A program made the translations under genes and the position numbers. Below the pieces are notes generated by a model that ran no database searches, had not been told where the DNA came from, and saw nothing but the letters and a program-made list of their open reading frames with translations. Of a DNA stretch of 64,000 nt, positions 17,915-27,051 are shown one piece after another (position 1 is the first letter of the stretch; each line of letters starts with the position of its first letter). Source of the DNA: Methanobacteriota archaeon (lineage in GTDB: Archaea > Thermoplasmatota > Thermoplasmata > RBG-16-68-12); NCBI GenBank assembly GCA_005878665.1, contig VBLR01000114.1, positions 3,945 through 67,944 on the forward strand, given 5' to 3'.

Positions 17915-19399
17915 ATGACGAAAGTCGCCGCGGTCGTTCGGGCGGACAACGCCGCCGAGGCGGAACGCCAGTCCCGGATGGCCCTCGAGAAAGGCGCGGA
18001 TCTTGTCGAGCTGCGGCTGGACTACGTTCGAGATCTCGGATCGTCGACAATCCGCAAACTGGCGAACGGCGTCGGCGCTCGGGCCATTGCAACGTTGCGC
18101 TCGCCGGGCCAAGGAGGCGCACCGGGCCCGAATCCTCGTCAACGCATCGCATTCCTCCGAGAGATCTGCCATTCGCGCTTTGCATATGTGGACCTCGAGC
18201 TCGAAACGGACCGGGAAGTCCTCGGAGCGCTGGGCCGTCTCGCATCGGACCATCGAACGGTGGTCATCGTCTCTCATCACTTCGCCCACGCCGTGGAGGC
18301 GCATCGGGTTTCGGAGGCTCTCGACTCGTGTGCCGCCCAAGGCGAAGTCGCCAAGGTCGCGGTCCCTGTGACCGAGGTCGATGCAGCGATTCAGCTTGTC
18401 GACCTGGCCCGGTCGGGGAGCGGCCGTCCGAATCGTTTCATCCTGATTGGGATGGGCGGTGCCGCCATCGTGACACGCGCCCTCGCGGACGCACTCGGCC
18501 AAGAAATCCAATACGCCTCGTGGGGGCCCTCGACCGCTGCAGGTCAACTGTCCCTTGGGACCGCCACGCGCCTCCGCGGCCGCGAGCCGATGATCCTCGG
18601 CTTGATTGGCCATCCGGTCGAGCACTCGATTTCTTCGACGATGCACGAGGCGGGCCTGGCCGCGCTGGGCCTGCCCGCCGTCTACCTGCCTTTCGACATC
18701 CTGCCCGAACGACTGGATCGGTTCCTCCTCGCGGCTGAGCGCCTTCGAATCCGAGGCTTCAATGTGACAAGCCCGCACAAGGAGGCGGTGGTCCGATCCG
18801 TGGACGAACTCGATGGCGACGCGGAACGACTTGGAGTCGTGAACACGGTCGTCCTGCGAGACGGCTGGACCACGGGCCACAACACGGACGTGTACGGATT
18901 CCGCATCTCCCTGCGGTCTCTCGGGCTGCGCGTTGGCGAGCGGAACGCCCTCGTCGTCGGTGCCGGCGGCGCCGCCAAGGCTGTCGTCGACGTCCTGCTC
19001 CGGGAAGGTGCCCACGTTCAGCTGACAAATCGCACCGCCGCGCGCGCGAAGGTTCTCGCGGACTCCTTCGACCATCGAATCGAGGTGCTCCCTGCCGAAG
19101 ACCTAACGCGAAAGGGTCCGTGGGACCTGCTCGTCAACGCGACCCCGGCGGGAACGAAAGGCGTCCACGATGGCCTCCCGGTCCCTGAGGACGTGATCGG
19201 AAAGGCGGGGTTCATCTACGATCTCGTGTACAATCCGCGGGTCACCCCCCTCCTCCGAACGGCGAAGCTTCTGAACCGCCCCGGAGCTTCCGGACTCGAG
19301 ATGCTCCTCCACCAGGGAGCGAAGGCGTTCGAGCTCTGGACCGGGCAAGTCGCTCCCTTCGATGCGATGCAGCGGGCCGCGAAGGAGGCGTTGCGATGA
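17915..19399 (+). CDS. aroDE: Fused type I 3-dehydroquinate dehydratase / shikimate 5-dehydrogenase
   Basis: The N-terminal half is type I DHQase-like (KVAAVV...LVELRLDY...). The C-terminal half is shikimate dehydrogenase-like (LGLIGHPVEHSISSTMH...GFNVTSPHK...VVGAGGAAKA). ATG 17915 lies just after the aroB' stop. Confidence 0.8.
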   Translation: MTKVAAVVRADNAAEAERQSRMALEKGADLVELRLDYVRDLGSSTIRKLANGVGARAIATLRSPGQGGAPGPNPRQRIAFLREICHSRFAYVDLELETDREVLGALGRLASDHRTVVIVSHHFAHAVEAHRVSEALDSCAAQGEVAKVAVPVTEVDAAIQLVDLARSGSGRPNRFILIGMGGAAIVTRALADALGQEIQYASWGPSTAAGQLSLGTATRLRGREPMILGLIGHPVEHSISSTMHEAGLAALGLPAVYLPFDILPERLDRFLLAAERLRIRGFNVTSPHKEAVVRSVDELDGDAERLGVVNTVVLRDGWTTGHNTDVYGFRISLRSLGLRVGERNALVVGAGGAAKAVVDVLLREGAHVQLTNRTAARAKVLADSFDHRIEVLPAEDLTRKGPWDLLVNATPAGTKGVHDGLPVPEDVIGKAGFIYDLVYNPRVTPLLRTAKLLNRPGASGLEMLLHQGAKAFELWTGQVAPFDAMQRAAKEALR

Positions 19400-20253
19400 G
19401 GGCCCAAGCATCCTGTTTTGGTGCGGGCACAATCGTGAACGCGATTGCGACCGGCCGGGGTGCGGCCTTCGGTCTCGCGCTGCGAGCCACGGCGACTGCG
19501 GAGACTAGGCCCGAAGGCCTCGGAGTCCGGGTCCATGTGCCGGACGGACTCGACCCGACTCTTGTCCGATTGTGTGCCGAGCGAGTCCTTCGACGCGGTA
19601 CTCAACAGGTAGGCATCGAGGTCACGGTCACGTCGGAGATTCCGGTCTCTCGCGGACTGAAGAGCAGCTCCGCCGTCGCGAACGCGGTCGTCCTCGCGTG
19701 TGCTCGCGCCCTCGGCGCCCCGCTCGAGCCGCTTCGGATCATCGGGATCGGAGTGGATGCCGCCTGCGATGCCGGCGTAACGATTACCGGTGCGTTCGAC
19801 GATGCGTGCGCCTCCTTCTTCGGCGGCATTGTCGCGACGGACAACCAGGCGCGAAAAATTCTCGGTTACGATCGCTTCCCGGAGGGCCTCGTCGCGGTCG
19901 TGCAGGTGCCCGATCGGACGATTACCAAGTCGAGTCTCAAGGGCACGGACTTTGTCCAAATCCGCCCGCAGATCGAGGAGGCCTTCCGCCTTGCGATGAA
20001 AGGCGACTACTTCCGGGCGTTGAATGTCAACAGCGGGGCCTACGCGCCTTTGCTCGGGGTCGACGAGACGCCAGCGATTCGTGCGCGGGCGGCTGGGGCG
20101 AAGGCCGCGGGAATCACCGGCACGGGGCCGTCCATCCTTGCGTTAGCACAGGCGACCCACGTGGACGCCGTTCGAAGGGCGATGGACGACGGGTCCTCCG
20201 AAGTTCGCGTCGTGCGCCTGAACACGATCGAGTCGCGGGAGGTGGTCGCCTGA
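19396..20253 (+). CDS. aroK: Archaeal-type shikimate kinase (GHMP kinase family)
   Basis: 285 aa with the GHMP motif (PVSRGLKSSSAVANA) and the archaeal shikimate-kinase pattern. ATGA overlap with the aroDE stop. Confidence 0.8.
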   Translation: MRAQASCFGAGTIVNAIATGRGAAFGLALRATATAETRPEGLGVRVHVPDGLDPTLVRLCAERVLRRGTQQVGIEVTVTSEIPVSRGLKSSSAVANAVVLACARALGAPLEPLRIIGIGVDAACDAGVTITGAFDDACASFFGGIVATDNQARKILGYDRFPEGLVAVVQVPDRTITKSSLKGTDFVQIRPQIEEAFRLAMKGDYFRALNVNSGAYAPLLGVDETPAIRARAAGAKAAGITGTGPSILALAQATHVDAVRRAMDDGSSEVRVVRLNTIESREVVA

Positions 20254-21521
20254 GGTACCGAGTCCGCACGTCTCGAGTCTCCGGATCGATTCGTGCTCCG
20301 CCGTCGAAGAGCTACACTCACCGTGCGGTCATCCTCGCCGCCTTGTCTCACGGCCCTTGTCGCATTCGTCGGCCGCTCCTTGCGGAGGATACCGCGGCTA
20401 CGATTGCGGGCATGGCCGCGTTCGGCGCGGTGATTGAACCAACCGCGGACGGGCTCCGGGTCGTTTCGGATTCCTTGCACCCACCCAGGATGCCGATCGA
20501 CGCACGGAACTCCGGGACGACGTTGCGTCTCCTCGCGGGCGTGGCCGCGCTTCTCGATGGTTCGACGACGCTCTCGGGCGATGCGAGCCTCCAGAAACGT
20601 CCGATGGGTCCGCTCCTCGAGGCCCTCACGAGCCTCGGTGCCCGCGGATCGTCCGTTTCTGGCGATGGTCGTCCTCCCATCGAGGTCGAGGGAGTCCTGC
20701 GCGGTGGCCGCGTCTCCCTGTCCGGGTCCATCAGCTCCCAATTTCTTTCGAGTCTTCTCATCGCCTGCCCTCTCGCGGCGAATCCGTCGGAAATCCGCGT
20801 CCTTCCCCCGCGACGCTCGGAGCCATACGTCGAGGTGACGCGGCAAATGGTCCGCGCGTTCGGCGTCGAGATTGTGGTGGACGAGGACGCCTACCTCGTG
20901 CCCGGCGGGCGGACGTACCACCCGACGGATGTGGACATACCGGGGGACTTCTCGTCTGCCGCCTTTCCTCTTGTCGCCGCGGCGATCACGTGCGGAGACG
21001 TGACCGTCGAAGGCCTCGACCTCGGCTCGCCCCAAGGCGACCGCCGGATCGCCCAACTGCTGGAGTTGTTCGGGGCACGAGTGGATCTGGTTGAGGATCG
21101 CATGCGGGTGCGAAGCGGCGACCTCACAGGCCAGACGGTGGACGTCAGCAATACACCGGATCTCTTCCCTATCCTCGCGGTCCTCGCGACGCAGGCGAAT
21201 GGCGAAACGCGCTTCGTGAACGGAGACCACCTTCGAGTCAAGGAGAGCGACCGGATCGCCTCGACGGTCGCGATGCTGCGGGCCCTGGGTGCCCGAGCGG
21301 AACCGACCCCGGACGGTTGCGTCGTTCACGGACCCGCGAGCCTGCACGGCGCGTTCATCGACGCGCGGGCAGACCATCGCGTCCTGATGGCTGCCGCCAT
21401 CGCCGGTCTCGCGGCGGACGACTCGGTGGACATCTCGGATCCTTGGTGCTTCCGCGTCTCGTATCCTTCGTTCCTCGACGACATGCGAGCCCTTGGGGCC
21501 CTTCACGCGGTGGTTGAATGA
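20250..21521 (+). CDS. aroA: 3-phosphoshikimate 1-carboxyvinyltransferase (EPSP synthase)
   Basis: Conserved N-terminus (SGSIRAPPSKSYTHRAVILAAL) with a full EPSPS fold pattern. No in-frame ATG/GTG/TTG precedes the conserved motif. The 5' end is placed at the CTG overlapping the aroK stop (CTGA), so the start is tentative. Confidence 0.8.
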   Translation: MRYRVRTSRVSGSIRAPPSKSYTHRAVILAALSHGPCRIRRPLLAEDTAATIAGMAAFGAVIEPTADGLRVVSDSLHPPRMPIDARNSGTTLRLLAGVAALLDGSTTLSGDASLQKRPMGPLLEALTSLGARGSSVSGDGRPPIEVEGVLRGGRVSLSGSISSQFLSSLLIACPLAANPSEIRVLPPRRSEPYVEVTRQMVRAFGVEIVVDEDAYLVPGGRTYHPTDVDIPGDFSSAAFPLVAAAITCGDVTVEGLDLGSPQGDRRIAQLLELFGARVDLVEDRMRVRSGDLTGQTVDVSNTPDLFPILAVLATQANGETRFVNGDHLRVKESDRIASTVAMLRALGARAEPTPDGCVVHGPASLHGAFIDARADHRVLMAAAIAGLAADDSVDISDPWCFRVSYPSFLDDMRALGALHAVVE

Positions 21522-22591
21522 ACGTCTTCGGCACGCGATACCGGACCACGATCTTCGGGACCAGCCACGGTCCATTTGTAGGCTGCACGATTGAGGGACT
21601 GCGCTCCGGCATGCGGATCGACGAGGCCGTCGTCCAGGGGCAGCTCGACCGCCGTCGACCGGGACAGAGCCTCGTCACGACCCAGCGGAAGGAGGCGGAT
21701 CGTGTGGAATTCTCGGAAGGCATCTCGGACGGGCTCGCGACGGGCGAGCCGATCGTCGCTCTCATCCGCAACGAGGACGTGCAATCGAAATCCTATGCCA
21801 ACGCCGCGCGGGTCCCGCGTCCCGGGCATGGAGACTTCGCGGCTGCGATGAAATATGGAGGGAAGAGCGATCTCCGGGGGGGCGGCCAACTCTCGGGCCG
21901 GATGACAGCTCCATTGGTCGTCTCCGGCGCGATTGCTCGACAGGTGCTGGAACCGAAAGGCGTTCGGTTCTACGCGCATGCGGCCCAAATCGGTCGGGTC
22001 ACCGCGCAACCCGTCACTCCGCAGCAGATTGCGGCGAACGTCGAACTCAGCGCGGTCCGGTGTGCCGACCTCGAGGCGGCGGACCGCATGATCGAGGAAA
22101 TCGAGGCGGCCCGGAAAGACCGCGATAGCGTCGGCGGCGTCATCGAAGCAGTCGTGACGGGTCTCCCTCCCGGCGTGGGCGAGCCGTTCTTCGAGTCCGT
22201 CGAGTCGGCGCTCGCTCATCTCCTCTTCTCGATCCCCGCCGTGAAGGGCGTCGACTTCGGGGCCGGCTTCCGCAGCGCGTCGATGCGCGGGAGCGAGCAC
22301 AACGATCCGTTCACCGTCGAGGCCGGTCGAGTCGCGACCGAGACGAACCATGCGGGCGGCATCCTCGGCGGCATCACGAACGGCATGCCCATCACGTTCC
22401 GCGTTGCGGTCAAGCCGACCGCGTCCATCGCGAAACCGCAGCGATCCGTCGACCTGGGGACGATGCGGCCGACGGAGATTGTCGTCACGGGCCGTCATGA
22501 CCCGTGTATTGTTCCCCGGGCCGTGCCGGTCGTGGAGAACGCTGCCGCGATGGCGATCCTCGATCTCATGCTCGTGGGGGGTTTCCTTTGA
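21518..22591 (+). CDS. aroC: Chorismate synthase
   Basis: 357 aa with conserved FGTSHG, GRSSAR-like and GGISNGQP-like motifs. ATGA overlap with the aroA stop. Confidence 0.9.
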   Translation: MNVFGTRYRTTIFGTSHGPFVGCTIEGLRSGMRIDEAVVQGQLDRRRPGQSLVTTQRKEADRVEFSEGISDGLATGEPIVALIRNEDVQSKSYANAARVPRPGHGDFAAAMKYGGKSDLRGGGQLSGRMTAPLVVSGAIARQVLEPKGVRFYAHAAQIGRVTAQPVTPQQIAANVELSAVRCADLEAADRMIEEIEAARKDRDSVGGVIEAVVTGLPPGVGEPFFESVESALAHLLFSIPAVKGVDFGAGFRSASMRGSEHNDPFTVEAGRVATETNHAGGILGGITNGMPITFRVAVKPTASIAKPQRSVDLGTMRPTEIVVTGRHDPCIVPRAVPVVENAAAMAILDLMLVGGFL

Positions 22592-23679
22592 GCGAGACGG
22601 AAATCGCACGGCTGCGAGACGAGATCGCGGAGGTCGATCGGGAGATCATCGGCCTCGTGGCGAAGCGCCTCGATCTCGCCGCTCAGGTCGGCTCGGAGAA
22701 GAAGATACTCGGTCGGCCTCTGCGGGACCAAAGGGCGGAGGACCGTGTCCGAGCGCGGCTCTTGGCGGAGGCCACAAAGCGAGAGATCAGCCCATCATTC
22801 GGCGAGGGCCTTGCGCAGCTCCTGATCGAGGAGAGTCTGCGGCGACAGGAGAGCGTTCGATCTCTGGCGTCGCTCCACCAGCGGGTCCTAGTGGTCGGCG
22901 GCGCGGGACGCATGGGCCGGTGGCTGTGCCGATTCTTCCGATCGCGCGGGTGGGACGTCGTCGTGAATGACATCGCCGGGCCGCTCGATGGTTTCCCGTT
23001 CGAACCGAATCTGCAGAAAGGCGTGCAGGGGGCCGATGTAATCGCGGTCTCGGTTCCGATGTCTGCCTCCGCGGAGATCTTGCGCTCCATCACAGTACTG
23101 AAGCCGAAAGGTCTCGTCTTCGACGTCTGCAGCTTGAAAGCTCCGATCGAGGGAGAGCTTCGAGCGATGGGCCGGTCCGGTTTGCGAATCGCGAGCGTCC
23201 ATCCGCTGTTTGGACCGAACCTCTGGCCGATCTCGAGCGGCAGCATCACGTTCAGCGATTGCGGAAACAGCAAGGCGGTGCTCGAAGCAAGGGAATTGTT
23301 CCGCGCGAGTGGCGCGACATTTGTTGACATTTCTTTGGAGCGGCACGATGAGTCCATGGCGTTCCTCCTGGGGCTGAGCCATCTCTGCCTCTTGACCTTC
23401 GCTCGGTGCGTCGCGGAAAGCCCGTTCGACTTCGCAGGCCTGACGAGTCCCGCCGGTACGACATTCTCTCGTCTCTCAATCGCCGCTGCGGGGCTCTTGG
23501 CGGATCCTCCGACCCTGCTGAGAGACATCCAAGCGCTGAACCCCCACACTCCGCTCATTCATCGTCGGATCCGGGAGACGTTGGACGAGTGGGAGAACGC
23601 CACCGCGTCGGAGGGCTCAGATTTTCTCCATCTTGTCCGTCAAACACGAATGGACTTCTCGGGAAAGGTGTCGCTGTGA
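22588..23679 (+). CDS. tyrA: Bifunctional chorismate mutase (AroQ) / prephenate dehydrogenase (TyrA)
   Basis: The N-terminal ~90 aa is AroQ-like (LSETEIARLRDEIAEVDREIIGLVAKRLDLAAQVG...). It is followed by a Rossmann motif (VLVVGGAGRMGRW) and a prephenate dehydrogenase C-domain. The TTG start forms a TTGA overlap with the aroC stop. Confidence 0.75.
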   Translation: MSETEIARLRDEIAEVDREIIGLVAKRLDLAAQVGSEKKILGRPLRDQRAEDRVRARLLAEATKREISPSFGEGLAQLLIEESLRRQESVRSLASLHQRVLVVGGAGRMGRWLCRFFRSRGWDVVVNDIAGPLDGFPFEPNLQKGVQGADVIAVSVPMSASAEILRSITVLKPKGLVFDVCSLKAPIEGELRAMGRSGLRIASVHPLFGPNLWPISSGSITFSDCGNSKAVLEARELFRASGATFVDISLERHDESMAFLLGLSHLCLLTFARCVAESPFDFAGLTSPAGTTFSRLSIAAAGLLADPPTLLRDIQALNPHTPLIHRRIRETLDEWENATASEGSDFLHLVRQTRMDFSGKVSL

Positions 23680-24740
23680 GCAAGGTTCCCGTGGCCGTCC
23701 TCGGGGCGACCGGGAATATCGGCCAGCGTTTCGTCAGCTTGCTCCAGGACCACCCCACGTTCGAAATCGCGGCCCTCGCCTCGTCCGAGCGAAAGGTCGG
23801 AGGATCCCTCAAAGCCTTCTGGCGGCTCGACGACGTCCCGCTCGCCCCGCACGTCGCCTCGATGGAACTGCAGCCGCTCGACTTGGGCGTCCTCCGGAAG
23901 CACGACGTCGTCGCGGCGTTCAGCGGCCTGCCTTCGGAAATCGCCGGAGACATCGAGATGGACGCCGCCCGGGTGGGTGTGCGAGTTTTCTCCAACGCGT
24001 CAGCCCACCGGATGGACCCAGATGTTCCGCTCTTGGTGCCGGAAGTGAATCCGAACCATCTTCGGCTCGTCGAACGCCAGCCAGCCTTCCGGGAGGGCGG
24101 TTTCGTCGTGACGAATCCAAATTGTTCGATCACGGGCCTGGCCCTTCCGCTGAAGCCCCTCGTGGACTCGCTCGACCTCACGGATGTCCATGTGGCCACG
24201 TACCAAGCGCTCTCCGGGGCGGGCTATCCCGGCGTCCCGTCCCTCGACATCACCGCGAACGTGATCCCTTTCATCGAGGGCGAGGAGGAAAAGATGCGCA
24301 GGGAGGCGAAGAAAATCCTTGGGTCGCTTTCCGACGGCATCTTGCCGAGTCCAATCGACGTGTGGGCGAACTGCGCCCGCGTCGCGGTGCGCGACGGTCA
24401 CCTCGAGGCCGTCTCGATTCCCCTGAAGGACGAAATTCCCGCGGGCGAAATCGCGCATCTCCTCTCCTCGTTCCGCGGAGAAGCGCAGGTTCAGCAGCTC
24501 CCGACGGCCCCGAACCAGCCGGTGATCGTCCGCGCGGAAGCGAACCGACCGCAGCCGCTGCTCGACCTCATGGCGGGCGAACCTGCGCGGGCGCGCGGGA
24601 TGGCCGCAACCATCGGCCGGATCCGCGTCGTGGAACGCGTCGTTCGCTTTTTCGTTCTATCGCACAACACGATTCGTGGCGGCGCGGGCGGGAGCGTGCT
24701 CAACGCGGAGTTCGCACACCGGAGAGGGTACCTTGACTGA
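23676..24740 (+). CDS. asd: Aspartate-semialdehyde dehydrogenase
   Basis: VAVLGATGNIGQ NAD(P)-binding motif with the catalytic NCSITG region. The GTG start overlaps the tyrA stop (GTGA). Confidence 0.85.
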   Translation: MSKVPVAVLGATGNIGQRFVSLLQDHPTFEIAALASSERKVGGSLKAFWRLDDVPLAPHVASMELQPLDLGVLRKHDVVAAFSGLPSEIAGDIEMDAARVGVRVFSNASAHRMDPDVPLLVPEVNPNHLRLVERQPAFREGGFVVTNPNCSITGLALPLKPLVDSLDLTDVHVATYQALSGAGYPGVPSLDITANVIPFIEGEEEKMRREAKKILGSLSDGILPSPIDVWANCARVAVRDGHLEAVSIPLKDEIPAGEIAHLLSSFRGEAQVQQLPTAPNQPVIVRAEANRPQPLLDLMAGEPARARGMAATIGRIRVVERVVRFFVLSHNTIRGGAGGSVLNAEFAHRRGYLD

Positions 24741-26148
24741 GCCATGGAAGGTCGCGAAGTTCGGTGGGAATTGCGTCAGCACCGGGGACATGTACGAGCG
24801 GATCGCGAGCGTCGTCCACGAGGACCTGACGCGGAAGTTCCTCGTCGTGTCGGCGATTTCCGGCGTCACGGACACCCTCGTCACGATCCTGGCGCGGCCC
24901 CAGGAGGAGAAGGAGATCGACTCGTTCGTTGCAGACCTCCGCCGCAAGCATATGGACCTTTTGCCGAAGTCCCGCGAAGGCGCGACTGGGAGCGGCGGGG
25001 CGATCGACGGCCTCGCGACGAAGCTGGAGCGCCTTCTGTACGGGGTCGCGTACACGGAGGAGATCACCCCGCGCACGAGGGACTTTGTCCTCTCCTTCGG
25101 CGAGCGGCTGGCCGCGCAGGTCGTCGCGGCGAATCTGTGTCTGTTTGGAATTGACGCCGTGCCGCACGAGGCGGACGCGATCGGCCTCATCACGGACGAT
25201 ACCTACGGGAACGCCACCGCGTTGCTCGACGAGACACGCGCGCGCCTTGCGCCGTTCCTCCGGCACGAGGCGCAGGCGGGTCGGGTGAGCGTGATCACGG
25301 GATTCTTCGGTCTCTCCCGAGAAGGCAAGACCGCGACGTTCGGCCGCGGCGGATCCGATTACAGTGCCGCCGTCGTGGCGCACGCCCTCGAGCTGCCGAC
25401 GATTGAGATCTGGAAAGATGTCGGCGGGTTCATGAGCGCGGACCCGAAGATTGTTCCCGAGGCGTTTCCGCTCTCCGCGCTTTCGTACGACGAAGCTGCC
25501 GAGCTTTCGTACTTCGGTGCGAAGGCACTCCACCCCCGGTCGGTGCAGCCCGCACAGGCTTGCGGCGCATCGATTGTATTGAAAAACATTACCCGCCCGG
25601 ACGAGACAGGCACGCGGATTGGTCCCGACACGGTAGATCGGAGCGGCGATGTCAAGAGCATCTCGTATGTGCGGGATCTCGCGACCTTGAAGGTATTCGC
25701 GACGGGCGCGGGGCAGAAGGAGGGCCTGCTCTCCCAGGTTGCGACCGCTCTCACGAGCGCGGGAACGAACGTGTATAGCGCGGCGACATCGCAGACGTGC
25801 ATCGCGCTCCTCGTCGACGCGGATGCGTTGAGCCGTGCTAAGAAGGCGGTCTCCCGCCTCCCGTTCGGCCTCGTCGAGCGGATTGAAGTGCTGCCGCACG
25901 TGTCGCTGATCAGCTTCGTCGGCGAAGGCGTCGGATACACCCACGGGGTTGCCGCGCGGGTGTTTCGCGCCGTTGCGGACCGCGGCATCAACGTGCAGCT
26001 CATCTCCGCGGGTGCCTCGATGGTCGCGTACACGTTCACCGTCGACAACCAGGACCTCGAAAGGGCGGTCCAAGCGGTGCACCGAGAGTTCTTTGGACAT
26101 CGATATCCCGGGCCCCAGGCACCGGTGGGCGCCCGGAGCCACGGCTAG
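24733..26148 (+). CDS. lysC: Aspartate kinase
   Basis: KFGG motif near the N-terminus, amino-acid kinase fold and two C-terminal ACT domains. The likely start is TTG 24733, which overlaps the asd stop by 8 nt. Confidence 0.85.
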   Translation: MTEPWKVAKFGGNCVSTGDMYERIASVVHEDLTRKFLVVSAISGVTDTLVTILARPQEEKEIDSFVADLRRKHMDLLPKSREGATGSGGAIDGLATKLERLLYGVAYTEEITPRTRDFVLSFGERLAAQVVAANLCLFGIDAVPHEADAIGLITDDTYGNATALLDETRARLAPFLRHEAQAGRVSVITGFFGLSREGKTATFGRGGSDYSAAVVAHALELPTIEIWKDVGGFMSADPKIVPEAFPLSALSYDEAAELSYFGAKALHPRSVQPAQACGASIVLKNITRPDETGTRIGPDTVDRSGDVKSISYVRDLATLKVFATGAGQKEGLLSQVATALTSAGTNVYSAATSQTCIALLVDADALSRAKKAVSRLPFGLVERIEVLPHVSLISFVGEGVGYTHGVAARVFRAVADRGINVQLISAGASMVAYTFTVDNQDLERAVQAVHREFFGHRYPGPQAPVGARSHG

Positions 26149-26185
26149 GCCTGGGCGATCTTCGCGGCGGCGGTCAATCCATATA

Positions 26186-26222
26186 CGGAGACATATAAAA
26201 TACAATAATGCCTAAATATCAT
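26186..26222 (+). promoter_or_regulatory. AT-rich promoter region with TATA-like boxes (CATATAAAAT / CTAAATAT) upstream of the second DhnA aldolase and trp genes
   Basis: It is the only AT-rich stretch between lysC and the next CDS. ATG 26260 is 40-65 nt downstream. Confidence 0.4.
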
Positions 26223-26259
26223 CTACACTTTCCATAAAGGGGCAGGCGAACAGAGAAAC

Positions 26260-27051
26260 ATGTCCCTTTTCGGAGTTGAAAGGCGACAACGACGCCTCGA
26301 AGGAGGCGCGGGCCGGATCTTCGTTCTCGCTCTCGACCATGGCCTCGCTGGCGGACCCCTTCCCGGAATCGAACGGCCGACGGATCTCGTACGTGGTCTG
26401 CAGGCCGTCCCATTCTCCGGGGTCCTCGTGAATCCCGGGATGGTCCGTTCCATCTCGGCCGAGATCCCGCCCGCTTGGAGCCTCATCGTGCATCTTTCTG
26501 CCGGCGCCTTGCTCGGTTCGATGCCAGGATTCAAAGTCCTCTCCTCGACGGTGGAACATGCAGTCTCCCTCGGAGCCGACGCGGTCTCGGTCCAGATCTC
26601 GTTCGGGGACTCACGCGAGGACCGAATGATTGCGGACGCGCGGCGCGTCGTTGACCTGGCGACATCCCTCGGCCTGCCGGTTTTTCTGATGGCCCACGCG
26701 CCCGCTGAACCCGGCGGGTCCTCCGAAGATTCCGGCGCAGCGGCTCATGCGGCGCGTGCCGCCGCCGAAGTGGGCGCATCTATCGTGCAGACGAATTTCG
26801 CGGGACCGCCCGACGGTCTGCGCGAGATCGCTCACGGCTGCCCGGTGCCATTGGTCGTCGCCGGCGGACCAAAGTGTTCGACCGAGGACACGTTCCTTGA
26901 CGCCTTACGCGGGATGATGCGAGCCGGTGCGGCAGGACTTTCTGTGGGCCGTCGGGTATTTTCGGCGGCAGATCCCCCTGCGACGGCACAACGGATCGCG
27001 GACGTGATTTTCGGGAGCGTCCGGCCCTTGATCCCCGAGGCGGCGCGATGA
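26260..27051 (+). CDS. Second DhnA-type class I aldolase paralog (candidate DKFP synthase/fructose-bisphosphate aldolase-like)
   Basis: 263 aa, same fold family as aroA' (ALDHG...GADAVSVQISFG...). Sits between lysC and trpE. Function is inferred only from the paralogous pair known in methanogen DKFP-route shikimate synthesis. Confidence 0.6.
   Translation: MSLFGVERRQRRLEGGAGRIFVLALDHGLAGGPLPGIERPTDLVRGLQAVPFSGVLVNPGMVRSISAEIPPAWSLIVHLSAGALLGSMPGFKVLSSTVEHAVSLGADAVSVQISFGDSREDRMIADARRVVDLATSLGLPVFLMAHAPAEPGGSSEDSGAAAHAARAAAEVGASIVQTNFAGPPDGLREIAHGCPVPLVVAGGPKCSTEDTFLDALRGMMRAGAAGLSVGRRVFSAADPPATAQRIADVIFGSVRPLIPEAAR

Noticed and set aside
20040-22609. 511-aa and 368-aa minus-strand ORFs
   Set aside because: Antisense to aroA/aroC. 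Arg-rich junk.
24744-25154. 136-aa ORF beginning MEGREV at the ATG just after the asd stop
   Set aside because: Out of frame with the conserved aspartate-kinase sequence (KFGG motif). Arg-rich.
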